A stretch of 64,000 nucleotides of DNA, taken from assembly GCF_009914755.1 (NCBI RefSeq), contig NC_060947.1; one strand, 5' to 3'. This DNA comes from the human T2T-CHM13v2.0 reference genome, Homo sapiens. Each line of letters begins with the position of its first letter. Within the stretch, counting starts at the first letter, position 1. Shown here piece by piece: positions 1 through 12,981 of the stretch. The translations under genes were made by a program, and so were the position numbers. The notes below the pieces were generated by a model. That model had not been told where the DNA came from. It worked only from the letters and a program-made list of their open reading frames with translations, and searched no databases.

Positions 1-985
1 AGACCTTGTTTGCCTGTGTATCACCAGTGTAGGCTGCAGAACAGCAAATATTGCTGCCTGATCCTTCCTCTGGAAGCTTCGTCCCAGAGGGGCACCTGCC
101 AGATGCCAGCCAGAGCTCTCCTGTATGAGGTGTCTGTCAGCCCCTACTGGGAGGTGTCTCCCAATCAGGCTACATGGGGATCAGAGACCCACTTGAGGAG
201 GCAGTCTGTCCATTATCAGAGCTTGAATGCTGTGCTGGGAGGACCACTGCTCTCTTCAGAGCTGTCAGGCAGGGACGTTTTAGTCTGCAGAAGCTGTTCC
301 CAAAGCTGCCCCTACCTGCAGGTGCTCTGTTCTAAGGAGATGAGGGTTTTATCTATAAGTCCCTGACTGGGGCTGCTGCCTTTTGTTCAGATATGCCCTG
401 CCCACAGAGGTGGAATTTAGAGAGGCAGTCAGCCTTGCTGAGCTGCGGTAGGCTTTGCCCAGTTTGAGCTTCCTGGCAGCTTTGTTTACACTGTGAGCAT
501 AAAACCGCCTACTCAAGTCTCAGCAATGGCAGACGCCCCTCTCCCCACCAAGCTCCAGCGTTCCAGGTCGATCTCAGACTGTTGTGCTAGCAGCAAGAAT
601 TTCAAGCCAATAGATCTTAGCTTGCTGGGCTCTGTGGGTGTGGGACCCACCGAGCCAGGCCCCAAAGGGAATCTCCTGGTCTGCTGGTTGTGAAGAGCAT
701 AGGAAAATCATGGTATTTGGGCAGGGGTGTACCGTTCCTCCCGGTACAGTCTCTCACAGCTTCCCTTGGCTAGGAAAGGGAAATCCCCTGACCCCTTGCA
801 CTTCCCGGGTGAGGCGATGCCCTGCCCTGCTGCGGCTTGCCCTCCGTGGGCTGCACCCACTGTCCAACCAGTCTCAGTGAGATGAACCAGGTACCTCAGT
901 TGGAAACGCAGAAATCACCCATCTTCTTTGTCAGTATCGCTGGGAGCTGCATACCGGAGCTGTTCCTATTTGGCCATCTTAGAAG
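1..985 (-). mobile_element. LINE-1 5' UTR (older L1PA, L1PA7/8-like); element continues off the left edge
   Basis: Ends in ggagctgttcctatttggccatctt, the reverse complement of the L1 5' terminus including the YY1 site AAGATGGCC (972-980). The preceding sequence is typical L1PA 5'UTR (gagatgaaccaggtacctcagttggaaacgcagaaatcacc). Confidence 0.93.
526..693 (+). CDS. L1 ORF0-like antisense ORF, 55 aa (MADAPLPTKLQRSRSISDCCASS...SVGVGPTEPG...)
   Basis: ATG in strong context (GCAATGG). The peptide shares ISDCCAS and SVGVGP.EPG motifs with primate L1 ORF0 and lies antisense in the L1 5'UTR. Expression is unknown. Confidence 0.6.
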   Translation: MADAPLPTKLQRSRSISDCCASSKNFKPIDLSLLGSVGVGPTEPGPKGNLLVCWL

Positions 986-999
986 AGAGACCAGTTGAT

Positions 1000-1064
1000 G
1001 CTTTTATTACATCTTGAGGTTACAGGAAGAATAAGGGCTTGTAGCATGGCAAGACAGGTTATGG

Positions 1065-1102
<38 letters not shown>

Positions 1103-1370
1103 CATAGGGGCTTTATTATATAGTTGAAAACTCACAAGTAACAGGTCTCAGAAAGAATAGATGAAAGCCTGTGTTTAGTTCAGCTCTCCTAGATCTCCTA
1201 AGCTAAGTGGAAGAGGCTCAGAGAAAACCTGGCTGTTTATTTCATTAATGTAAACTTTTCTCTACAGATGGAAATCTACTCCACAAAAGGCAACTTTTCA
1301 GGGCTATTTCTGTCTGTAGGCCCTCAAAATATGTCACAAAAGTATATTTTGGGGTGAAATATACTTTGAT
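1000..1370 (-). mobile_element. ERV1 MER34/MER39-group LTR fragment
   Basis: caaaatatgtcacaaaagtatattttggggtgaaata and tctctacagatggaaatct match the reverse of the MER34/39-type LTR start. It is similar to the copy at 5219-5715. Confidence 0.65.
1066..1098. repeat. (GA)n microsatellite
   Basis: Direct reading. Confidence 0.95.
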
Positions 1371-1377
1371 ATGATTA

Positions 1378-1456
1378 TTAATATAATCTAATTATATTAA
1401 TACAATTCCTTTAATATAATTTTAATTATATTAATGTAATTCCTTTAATATAATTT
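1378..1456. repeat. AT-rich ~33-bp tandem duplication
   Basis: ttaatataatctaattatattaatacaattcct followed by ttaatataattttaattatattaatgtaattcct and a partial third unit. Confidence 0.8.
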
Positions 1457-1974
1457 CACTTCTTTTAAGGGAGGCTGAACATCTTATTTATTTAAATGTT
1501 ATTTTATTATACATGAACTACCTATTTATATCTGCTGCTAATTTTATTAGGTTATTCATCTGTATTTTATTGATTTGAGGAAACTATTTATTAGGCTAAT
1601 ATAGATATATTATTAGCTCTTTGTCTGTGATGTTAATTGCAAGAAATTTTCCCTAGTTGTCTTTTTAAAAAATGGTTTTCTATTTCAATTTTTAAAATGT
1701 AGTCTATTAATTATTATCAATTGGTAATTAATTATTTTATAGTAATTTATTTATTTGATCTATTTTGAATTTATTCTGATGCATTTGTAATGTATGTATT
1801 TAACTTTTAAGACATTTCAAGATGTCATCCGATTGTTATAATTTTTTAAATGAATTATGTTTTTTGTAATTAAGTCAAAATGCCACAATTTTTTCTGTGT
1901 ATTTACACTATATGGACATTCTATTCTGTTGTATTGAACTGTCTCTCACATGCCAATATTGATAGCAACAAAAG

Positions 1975-3400
1975 ATAGCATACATGAGAATAAACTTGAA
2001 AAAGGAATATGTAGGAATCATATAAAATAACTTTAAAATACTCTTAAGAAATCCAAATGAAAACTTCAACAAATGGAAAAGTATACTATGTTCTTGGATA
2101 AGGACACTCAATATCATCAAGATGTCAATTCTTCTTAATTAATTAATTTAACATAATAAAAACATTAATAGATTTTTGGAAGGATAACCAGAGAAGCTGA
2201 TCCTAAAGTTTATGCTGAAAAATAAGTGAGTGAAAGTGACCCAGGGTTTTTTCTCAGTCACTTGTTAGCTGGAGACCACCAACCAGACCTTACTTGGACT
2301 CAGGTTTACCGCAGGAGACACCCCGTCCACTCAGCCTGCCAGTCCACACCCGCCCGCGCTCTGGTGCGGATCCTGTAGCTGCTGCAACTATGCACTCAGA
2401 TCCTGGTGGGAGGGGGCGTGTAAGTGAGTGAGTGTGGGGTCTGTCTGGTCGTTTTTAAGCACCAGTACAGAAGCAGGCTCTGTGCAGTGCTTGAGGCTGG
2501 GCCAGGCATATCGCAAGCCACTCCTGTGGTGGACTCCAGCGTCCAGACAAGGGAATGTGGCACCCAGGAAGGGGTGCCCACGACCCCAAAGCCCCAGAGG
2601 GGGGGTTGCAGCATGCTAATTAGCTCTTTTAGTCCTGCTGTCCACAGCCCGACAGACAGAGGCTTGTTAACAGCTTTGTCAGCCCCTTGCCCTGCTCCAA
2701 CCCATGGCTCTAGGGCTGGCTCAGCCCCGCCGCTGCTTCTGTCTCGTGGGGTGGCTGCCCTCCACCAGCAGAGGGCAGAGGGCCATGGTGTTACAGCTTT
2801 CTCTGTACCCACATTCAGTGGGTCCCAGGCTCTTGTCCCATGTCCAAGAAGAATGAGAATATGCTGAAAGTCGAAGGGTGAGGAGGATGGAGAAGAATTT
2901 TATTGATTGACGAAACAGCTCTCAGTGTGAGGGTGGTCCCCCAGCTGAAGTTGGGTGGTTTCTCCCCCAGTGTGAATGGATCTGGGGCTTTTATGGGCTC
3001 AGAATGGGGAGTGTGTGCTGATTGGTTTGTGAGTATGCTAAAAAGGTTAAAATAAAGATGGGCACAACAATGTAAAAAGCCAATTAAGGAAGGATAGGTA
3101 TATGTAAAATAGGTGAAGGGTGGGGATCAATTAGAGGAAAGCATGCCAAATGGGAAGACAGGTTCTCAATCCAGTCTGAGAATTTACCCAGGACTTGTAG
3201 CTTGGCTTTAAGCCTTTAAACTATCTTTGGCTTGAGGATCAGGTTTCACCGGGGACCTGTCCCTGTCTGCCTAGGATTTGTCTGCCTTCTGTAGCTATCA
3301 AAAGCAGTCAGGAAAATTCTGATAAGAAAGTGTGATGAGAGGAGACTAATACTACCAAATACTTGAATGTATCACCAATCTACAATACACACAAAGTATT
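1975..3400 (+). mobile_element. Old L1M ORF2 remnant, split by the LTR at 2237-3300
   Basis: aaatggaaaagtatactatgttcttggataaggacactcaatatcatcaagatgtcaattc is L1 ORF2-like, and L1-like sequence resumes after 3304. Confidence 0.7.
2237..3300 (-). mobile_element. Solo ERV1 LTR, LTR27/LTR28-like
   Basis: TG...CA termini and a 4-bp TSD AAAG (2233-2236 / 3301-3304). The minus-strand start TGATAGCTACAGAAGGCAGACAAATCCTAGGCAGA is typical of this group. Confidence 0.85.
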
Positions 3401-4863
3401 ATATTGGTGCATGTGTGTACACTTTGATATGTATTTCAATCAGTATGTCACCAGCATTTGATTTTAAACATTTTTTTTAAATTATGGATTTAGCTATGTT
3501 CTTTTTTCAATGACTTTCAAATGCAGGGTATAGAAGAAGGATAGTTTTAGGTGGGGTGGGAGGCTGAGGTGAGACCAGAAATGCACATAAAAAGTATTGT
3601 CATCTTATGGACTATTGCTTTTTGAGTACATCTTGACTACATGGTGGTTTTACTAAAATTGAACCATGATTTGCTTCTGAAGGACATTTAAATGACCTAG
3701 ATTATTTTACCTGACTTTTCTAGAAGTATCTTTACTTTGAAAAAAAAAACCTGCACTGTCTCTTTTTCTCATTTTAAATTCCTTTTCTGTTTCCTATCAT
3801 ACATATATCATCCAGTGAGATATAGACCATAACAAAGAGAATTGCTGAATGTCCTAGTCCTACAAATTCTATCTTTCAGAAACACGTATTCTAAGAGTAC
3901 TTTTACTCTCATATCCTCTGGAAAGTGCAAATAGAACCAAAACAAATAAACACATTAACAAAAAGGAATGAACCACATGATTTGAACATAGGTCAAATTA
4001 AGCCTTAAATAAATCTGTATTGGATTTTTAAAAATTTACAGAAATAATACATTATCAGCCAACACATTTAAGCAAAAAATGTCTGTGCAAAGAAAAAAGT
4101 GATCAATTCTATGTACTCCCTTCAATCCTATGTTTAGTGTATGCACTTCTTGTTGGAGTTTTTTTTAATAATTGTATGAAACATAATTTTTAAACAAGAT
4201 ATATCTATTGCTCTGCAATTTTCTGTTTGTTTTTTTTTAATATTTTGTAGGCAACTATTGCAGGTCTATTTGAAAAATACTATCAAGTATTTTTCATTTA
4301 ATATTTAAATAAGCTTAAAAATAATTTCCTTGGGCTTTCATTCCACTTTTGTGATCCACAAACTACTTTTGTTAAGAGGAAGATGAACACCAATCAAAGT
4401 GTTTTCTCAGGGCACTAAAATGAAAGTTTCAATGAAAGCCAAGGTCTTTGTCTGTATCAGATTATATACCAAGATGCTATAATGGTGCCTGATACATAGT
4501 AAGTGCCTGATAAATATTTATTTAATGAATCAATTTCAGCCAGTCAGTGTCAGAACAAGTGGAGATTGGGTGGGAAAATCAGGACAGGCTGTCAAGGGAA
4601 GGACTAAAAGGGCTAAAGCATGCCGTACATTTGTTAAATGTTTGCTCTTGACATCTTCCAGTAAGAGTGAACATATTAGTCAGGGAAATCGTGTCTGTGC
4701 CTAAATTTTTTTTTGATTTTGATGGCTGGTCTTGTAGCAAAATAGTTCTTATTGATGCTAGCAATGTGATAAAATGGATACATGTATTATTTGCCTTTTT
4801 AATGTACTAAGATTATCCCTGGGAGATTAAAAAAAACACAACTGGAAAACACTATATAATCAA

Positions 4864-5166
4864 TTTGTTTTTTTTTTTTTTTGGAGATAGGATCTCGCTC
4901 TGTTGCCCAGGCTGGAGTACAGTGGCATGATCTCAGCTCACTGCAACCTCTGCCTTCCCGGGTTCAAGTGATTCTCCTGCCTCAGCCTCCTGAGTAGCTG
5001 GGATTACAGGTGCCCGCCACCATGCCCAGCTAATTTTTGTATTTTTGGTAGAGACGGGTTTTCCCCATGTTGGCCAGGCTGGTCTGGAACTCCCAACCTC
5101 AAGGGAACCTCCTGCCTCAGCCTCCCAAAGTGCTGGGATTACAGGCACGAGCCACCGCACCTGGCC
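4864..5166 (-). mobile_element. AluS
   Basis: Poly-T followed by a full dimeric Alu ending ...gagccaccgcacctggcc. Confidence 0.95.
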
Positions 5167-5218
5167 TAATTAATTAAATTCTATCATGTGATTTATTCTC
5201 TTCCCTGATAAAAAGAGA

Positions 5219-5715
5219 TAAAGGAAACCAGAATATTTCACCACAAAATATACCTCTTTGGCATATTTTGAGATGGTTGTTCAGAGGAGTTGCAAACACA
5301 AGAATAGCTCTGAAAAGCTGTCTTTTGTGGTGGAGATTTACATCTGTAGAGAAAAATCTACATTAGTGAAGTAAACAGGCAGGCTTTCTCTGAGGCCCTC
5401 CTTATCTGGATCTAGGAAAGATGAACTCATAGGGAAAGGGGACTGAAGTCTGACACTTTTAAGTTTTGACAGATAAACTTTACCACAGGCTACCACCATC
5501 AATTTTTTCGAGAGCAGCTCTCAGAGTACCTGAGAGGTCTTTATCTGCATTCCAAGACAGCCTTGGCTTTCCGTGCTTTCCATCTTTCACTCTCCCATAG
5601 CTTGTGAAGCCACCCACCCCATGCCTCATGCCACCCCACAACCCCTCACAAGCCCACTCCTGTATTCTTTCTGTAACCTTAAGATAGTATAGAAACTTCA
5701 ACCGTCTGACAACTC
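5219..5715 (+). mobile_element. ERV1 MER34/MER39-group LTR (3' end not clear)
   Basis: aaggaaaccagaatatttcaccacaaaatatacctctttggcatattttgagatgg...ctgtcttttgtgg...catctgtagag. Confidence 0.7.
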
Positions 5716-5793
5716 AGTGTCAGGACCAGGATCTAGTACCCTGTCTTAGTACCAGGATCTAGGGGACATGTATATAGATCTTGGCAGTAATAG

Positions 5794-6475
5794 TGTAACT
5801 GCCCAATGGGTTCACCTTGCCCCCTGCCTAGACAGAGCTGATTTATCAAGACAGGGGAATTGCAATAGAGAAAGAGTAAGCCACACAGCTGGCTGTGTGG
5901 TAGACCAGTTTTACTGTTACTCAAATCAGTCTCCCCAGCACTTGGGGACCAGAGTTTTTAAGGATAATGTGGTGGGTGGGTGTGCCGCCAGTGAGTCAGA
6001 AGTGATGATTGGTTGGTTCGGAGGTGAAATCATAGTGAGTCCAAGCTGTCCTCTTGCGCAGTCAGTTCCTGGGTGGTGGCCACGAGATCAAATGAGTGAG
6101 TTTTTCTGTCTGGGTGGTGCCAGCTGATCCATCAAGCGCAGGGTCTGCAAAATATCTCAAGCACTGATTTTAGGCTTTATAATGGTGATGTTATCCCCAG
6201 GAGCAATCTGGGAAGCGTCTGAATCTTGTAGCCTCCAGCTGCATGACTCCTAAACCATAATTTCTAATCTTTTGGCTAATTTGTTAGTCCTACAAGGGCA
6301 GTCTAGTCCCCAGGCAAGAAGGGAGTTTCTTTTGGGAAAGGGCTATTATCATCTTTGTTTCAAACTATAAACTAAGTTCCTTCCCAAGTTAGTTTGGCTT
6401 ACGCCCAGGAATAAGCCAGAACAGCTTGGAGGTTAGAAGCAAGATAGAGTTAGTTAGGTCAGGTCTCTTTCATTG

Positions 6476-6478
<3 letters not shown>
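5794..6478 (-). mobile_element. LTR8 (ERV1), 5' tip apparently lost at the (CA)n
   Basis: tgtaactgcccaatgggttcaccttgcc...cagcttggaggttagaagcaagat matches LTR8 in reverse. Confidence 0.85.

Positions 6479-6524
<46 letters not shown>
6477..6524. repeat. (CA)n microsatellite
   Basis: Direct reading. Confidence 0.97.
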
Positions 6525-6525
<1 letters not shown>

Positions 6526-7029
6526 TGTGAGGAGCCTTATCCTTAGTGCAGCACTATCCCCTAGAAGTAGGAGGAACCTGGGTATTCATTTTGTGAATCA
6601 GGAGAGAAAGACACTTGGTCATATTTTGTGCTACTGCAGTGATGACTCTTATGTGAACTCTTCCATGGCCTTTGTCTCTATCTGGGGACAAAAATCATCA
6701 AGTCATGTGATTTTCAGATGATCTAGGACATCTAGAATTTTGAAGTTGTTACGCAAAGCAGGAGAACAAAGACTTCTTTGCTTCAGGGGAATTAGTTACA
6801 AAGATTCCCTCAAGTTTTGAACTTGTTTGTATGCAATTCTACACCTTTTAAGATGCAAATCATTTTGAAAAATACTGTGGACTTTGGCAGTTAAATAAAA
6901 GGCCTATTTTCAAAACATTGCCTTATGTGTGTGGGTCATATCAGGTGATCTCCTTTTGATACTACTTGGAGTTAATGAAGGGGCAATAACTTCTGGCATT
7001 AATCTAATGAAGAAGACAGTAAGGATGGA

Positions 7030-7240
7030 AAAGACCAGGTTCTGTCCTCTTCTGTGACTAGGAATCTTTATGAACCCAGATAAATTACTTAACTACCTTG
7101 AGCCTTGGTTTCCCTATGTAGAAAAATAGTAAATGCTAATGTCTTCCTGTAGAAAAGATCAACTGAAATAATGTGTGCAACACTAGCTCAGCACCTGGCA
7201 CATAGGAATTGGTGAACAAGGCTGACTAGTATTATTACTT
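7030..7240 (+). mobile_element. MIR
   Basis: aaattacttaactaccttgagccttggtttccctatgtagaaaaatag...cagcacctggcacatagg. Confidence 0.7.
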
Positions 7241-8194
7241 GTAATAATGAAATATATATTCTCAGCATGAAAGTATTTATGTTAGAATGTTTTACTATAA
7301 ATTCTTTACACTCCTCTATTGAAGAGTAATCTAACCAACCTGTGGACTCAATTTCTCTGCTCTCATTTGGCCAGTACTATAGTTTGTTTTTAAACTCTTA
7401 TTTTGGCTAGAACTTCAGTGCCAGAAAGCTTGATGGAGAAGAACATAGAAGAGAGAATATTGATTAACAATTGCATTTTCTTGCAATCTAGCCTTGAATC
7501 TATTTGGCCAGATCAGTCCAGAGTGGTGGATGAAGACATCTTTTGCCCTCACGTTGGCCCAAGAAAAACTGTTAAGAATTGATTTTCTGTTTCATTTTAA
7601 TGAGCTCATTCTGAGTCATTATAGTTTCCATAGTTAAGTACTTCTGAAACATAGATTCTTTAATTGACAGATTATTTCAGCTCTCTCATTGCCATTGCCA
7701 TCTATTATGCTGAGTGATCTTAGTATTCAACTGTCATTGAATTAATATGTATATATGTAGTAGAAACTGATATGAAGAAAAGTTACTGCACAGAGGCTTA
7801 TTTATGACAGAAAAGCAAATATTTCAAATCTGTCAGAGTGTGACTGTGTGGTTATAAGGCATGCATTTTTGATGTATAATTTAGTAGTCATAATTTAGCA
7901 TCTCTCTAAAATAACATGAATTTTTAGTCGTGTTATTGTCCTCTAAACATTTTTTTGTCCTTCATTACTATAGATTATAAGATATCAATAAACTTGGCCT
8001 TTAGCTCATTCTCTCTAGTCTTTCCAGTTAGGTCTGTACACAAACCAGAAATAAACAATCAAATAAACTAACAAACAAAGAAAACCATAAACCATTAAAT
8101 CAGATTGCTTCTGTTCCTTCTAGCACCCATTCTTCACCTGTGTGTTTCTTGAACCAATTGACAATTTTTGGAAACTTCTTCAAAGCTCAGCAAT

Positions 8195-9830
8195 GGGCTC
8201 TCCTCTCTTTTCCTCTTTACCCTGCTCCTAGGTCATCCCATCCATGCTCAAGGCTCTATGACCCACCTATATAGCCTCTTATTTTACATCTCTACTTTCA
8301 TGTTTTAAAGATTTTCAAACTTAACAATTCCAAAGCCAAATTCTTGATAACTCCTTACTGGTCTTTTTCCATTGTGTTCTATTTCAGTGAATGCCATCAT
8401 AGTCCTACTGGTGGTACAAAATCAAGCAGAATAAATAAAACAAACAACAAAGCTTGGAGTCACCCTTGATAACCTTCCCCTTCCTCATCCCCATACTCTA
8501 TCAACTCTTGCTATCATTAAGTCCTTTAGATTTTTACCTCCAAAATATACTGAGTTTGTCTATCATCTCCATTTCTACCACAGTCTGTCCAGTCCAAGCT
8601 ATCACATCTCCAACTTATACAGCCTCCTAACTGATCTCCTTGCATTCATGTTTCCCTTCTAATTAGTTATCCATCAAAGAGTCTGAGTGGGACTTTTAAA
8701 ATGCAAGTCTGATCATGTTAGCCAAGCCTCCTCTTCCCCAACTACCTCAAACGGTAGAAGTGTTCCAGGACTGAACCGCGTCCAGCTGCATGTTCTCATG
8801 GCCCAATAATGAGATGCAGATGGACTGGGAAAGAAAATAGTTTATTTCTGTAACCAAATACAGAGAAAATGTTGGCGATAATTAGCCAGACCAACTCAAG
8901 GTGCTGAAGTTTTTTCCAGTGCTTATATATGTTTAGATTATATGCCTATGTGCAGTACCGTATTTGCCTAAGTCTATAGGTGATTAATTTTGTTTTAAGT
9001 TGAAGGTCAGAGGCTAGGAATGTCCTCTAAATCTATTTAATCCATGAGGGCCCTGGTACCAGGGTAATTAAGAAATGTCTCCTAAATCTACTTAATGCGG
9101 GCCCTGGTACTGAGTGATTACTTCTATTTTACCGACGTTTTGAGTCCGGAGAGTTGCTTCAGACCCCCAGTAAATTTATTCTACCCAAGATTGGTCTTGG
9201 TACGAGGAATGTAGGGCTGTCTTTGTTATCTTGACTCGCTTCAGGTTTCGTAGACCCAAGATGGGTTCTGGTACAAGGAATGTAAGGCTGTCTCCATTAT
9301 CTTGACTTGCCCCAGGTTTCAGGAGAAGCCTGAGTGAGGCTCTTATGGAACATATGTTTCATTTCTGGCTTTGATGTCCAGGCATCCATTTCCCTAGGTT
9401 TAATTATTAACTTAATGTTAAGGCAAGCACTGTGGAAGTTTGCTTGTATAACTGGAGTGCTATGGAAGCTTGTCTGTGTGACCGTCAGGGAGAATTGGCC
9501 TGGCACAGAAGGGTTCTACAATTCATAAGAAGAAGACCACAATGCTCACAGGGTCTACACAGCCTTGTATGGCCTGGCCCATGGCTTTCCTTTCTTGTTG
9601 TGTTCATGCTGCTCTTGGAGTTCCCCTGTTCTAACCACACTGGCTTTCTTTCTGATCCATCAGCTGGCTGTATTCCCTCCTGCCTTACCCCCAGGGTAGA
9701 TGATTTTCGTTCCTCCCTCAAATCCCAGCTTGGTCTCACTTCCTCAGGGAAACTTTCTCCAATTCCCCTGACAACCTCAGGTCCCCGTGGTATATGTGTC
9801 ATGATGCCATGCATTTTCCTTTCAATTTAG
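8195..9830 (+). mobile_element. L2 remnant interrupted by the LTR at 8761-9507
   Basis: L2-like segments (ttcaaacttaacaattccaaagccaaattcttgat; aaatgcaagtctgatcatgt; tcacttcctcagggaaactttctcc) lie on both sides of the LTR. Confidence 0.65.
8761..9507 (-). mobile_element. Solo ERV1 (MER4-group) LTR with internal tandem duplications
   Basis: TG...CA termini and TSD GAAG (8757-8760 / 9508-9511). Internal repeats of about 50 bp (9018-9110) and about 70 bp (9183-9321). Confidence 0.8.
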
Positions 9831-10059
9831 AGTGGACATTTGTCTTTTTTTTTTTTTTCTTTTGGCCTACCACTAACCATTCTTCTTACTTGAGAAATTC
9901 CCTACTGTGGATATTCTGGAGTCAACATATTTGGGAACAAACACAGTTGACTCATGGTAAGCATATAGTTCAACATGTGGGGAAGAACATACAGTATGCC
10001 GTGGGCACCTGTCAGCACATTGAACAGTGGGAGTGGCGATCACTACCAGACATCTATGG

Positions 10060-10543
10060 TGGTGGATTTATACTGCTATAACAAGTGATCACCAACTTGA
10101 TGTCTTAAAATAACACAAATTTATTCTTTCATATTTCTAGATATCAGAGGTCTGAACTGTCACTGGGCTGAAATCAAGGTGGCTGCAGGGCTGCACTCTC
10201 TGTAGACTCCAGAGGAAATCCTGTTTCCCTGCCTTCTATTCTAGAACTGCTTTCCTTTCATTTCTTGGTTCATGGTCCCTTCCTCCATCTTTAGAGCTAG
10301 CAGTGTAGAATCTTGCTTCAGTTATCACATTGCGTTCTTCTTCTTTAGAAGTATTTCTCTCTACCTTACTATTATAGGACACATGCATTTACATTGAGTT
10401 CACCCAGATAATGCAGGATAATCTATCTAAAAATTTTTAACTTAATCACATCTGCAAAGTCCCTTTGTCATGTAAAGTAACAGAGGCACAGGTTCCAGAG
10501 ATTAAGACTTGAACATTTTGGGGCTATTATTCAGCTTATCACA
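10060..10543 (-). mobile_element. MLT1 (MaLR) LTR
   Basis: cttaaaataacacaaatttattc...ctgggctgaaatcaagg...cttaatcacatctgcaaagtccc...attcagcttatcaca. Confidence 0.8.
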
Positions 10544-10981
10544 GTCTCTCTCCTGTATTAGATTTTCAGCTCTAGGAAGGCAAGGCATGCATCTATTTTT
10601 GTTTTGCTCTGCTTAGCAGACTCTTTGACCTGTAGTAGACATTTAGAAAAAATTTCTAATGAGCGAACATATTTTAACATATCATTTTGGAGGGTTATCT
10701 GCCATATGTGGCTCACTTAAAAATTTTTTTTAAAAAAATTTGTGTGTTGGAATTAGAGCATATTAAATTTCTCATTTATTAATTCTTAATTACTTAATAT
10801 CAACACTAAGATTATTGAGAAGGTATTCAACAAATGAAATATATAAATTTAGAGCTATGAGATAATTTGTTCCAAACTTTATTTCCCAGAAGTGGAAACA
10901 GATCTAGGAAACAGAAAATGACTGGCTTAAGAGTAGACTGTGAAAGAGAGGCCCAGTTAGTATTTGAATTGAGATCATGCT

Positions 10982-11344
10982 TGTATTAGTTAGCTTGGGC
11001 CACCATAAAAGAATACTACAGACTAAGTGGCTTAAACAACAAAAATTTATTTGTCAAGGTTCTGGAGACTGGAAGTCCAAGATCACAGTTCTGGCAAAGC
11101 CTCTCTTCCTGGCTTGCAAATGTCTGCCTTCTTGCTGTGAACTTACACGGCCTTTTCTCTGCAAGCACTTGGAGAGCTCTCTCCTCTTTGTATAAGGACA
11201 CCAATCTTACGGATTAGAACCCCACCTTCATGACCTCATTTAACCTTAACTACCTCCTTAAAGGTCCTACCTCCAAATTCAGTTGCACTGGAGGTTAAGG
11301 CGTCAACATATGAATTTTGAGAAAACACAGTTCTGTCTATAACA
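10982..11344 (-). mobile_element. MLT1A-type (MaLR) solo LTR
   Basis: TG...CA termini, 5-bp TSD ATGCT (10977-10981 / 11345-11349) and typical MLT1A body. Confidence 0.88.
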
Positions 11345-12685
11345 ATGCTGACTGAACCAAATGAGATCGTGTGAATATAGTGAGGTCGTTTCCACCACTT
11401 ACAAGTTGTGACAGTAGGAGAAAGTTAGTTTTTATTTCTGTGCTTTAGTTATATCTTCTGTACCTTTAATATTTGTACTAAGGATTAAATACACACTGCA
11501 TGTAAATAAATCTAAGATTACAATAAATGTTAGTGACTAGCCATTTCCTTAAATAATTGATGAAATATTTAGGCATCTGAATGCATTTATTTATTTGTGA
11601 CTTTCCTTTAAGAGCAATCTCTAAACATAGAAAAAATTCTACAAAAGAGACTATGCAAGAAGGATGCAATGCAAGGAGGATTATGGATACTCCGAAATTC
11701 TTTAGAATAGATGTTTAGAACCTAAATGTTGACCAATTCATAGTTGTAATGGCTACAACAGTTAATTTATCCTGATAGCCCACATTGCCAAATAACTGAA
11801 AGCTAACAGACACAAAAGGTAAAGATTTAGCAGCTTGATTTTAACCTTTAAGTATTTGTCACAATAAGCATATTAGGGAGTTTAGTCCTAGCTTTGTCCC
11901 CTGAGATAGAAAATCATAATTCCATAGCACTGAGTAAATGTCTCCCTGCAGAAATAAATCATAAAAATGAGAGTTTAGAGATTTCTGTCAGAAGGTGCTT
12001 TAATCTTACTCATCACAACACAGAAGGAAAGAGAAGATGATGAGAAGGGAACCCTGTGTAACATAACAAAGTTTCCACATTCCCAGAAAGCTAAAATAGG
12101 GAAACAACGAGGTCTTGGGAATGTTTACTGTGATCAAAGAAAAAAGTAGAGAGCAGTGTATTTTTTGCAGAAAATTAGAGCATTGGGCACTAGGAGGCTT
12201 GTATAATTATGATCACTGTAGCACTGTTTATCCAAAAAAAAAAAAAAAAAAAACACACTGGAAACAGTGTAGCTCTCCACTAATAAATGAGTGATTAAGT
12301 AAGTCGTAGTGCATTTGTGCTCTGGAATATGACATAGCAGTAAAAACAATGATGTGGGTCCCTAGGAATATACATAGAAAAAATATAGATATGCTGTTAA
12401 GCTGAAAAGCCAAACTGCTATTTATGTTAAAAACAAAACAAAACTGAATATTATTTATTTATACTTTATATAGAGAAAAACTTAAAGCATGCACACCATA
12501 ATGACAGAAGATTGTCTGTTTTTTTTGGTTTTAGGGGGAGGTAGTTCTGTGATTGGATGCAGTAGACAAGAAATATTTCAGCATTATGCATTTTACATGA
12601 TTTTTTTAAATTATGAAAGTTTATGTTAGTTATTAACTGTTATATTATGGTGATTTGGCTGGAATAGAATTTTAGGTGAAAACCA

Positions 12686-12981
<296 letters not shown>

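Noticed and set aside
2396-2867. Overlapping 138-aa and 147-aa ORFs
   Set aside because: Both lie entirely inside a GC-rich solo LTR, have no recognisable domain, and are expected by chance.
9018-9321. Direct repeats that could suggest an array
   Set aside because: They are two-copy internal duplications in an LTR, with no repeat-spacer structure. CRISPR is not applicable to this primate DNA.
12005-12110. Weak minus-strand exon-like unit
   Set aside because: The donor context is poor (TGA|GTAAGA) and there are no neighbouring supporting exons.
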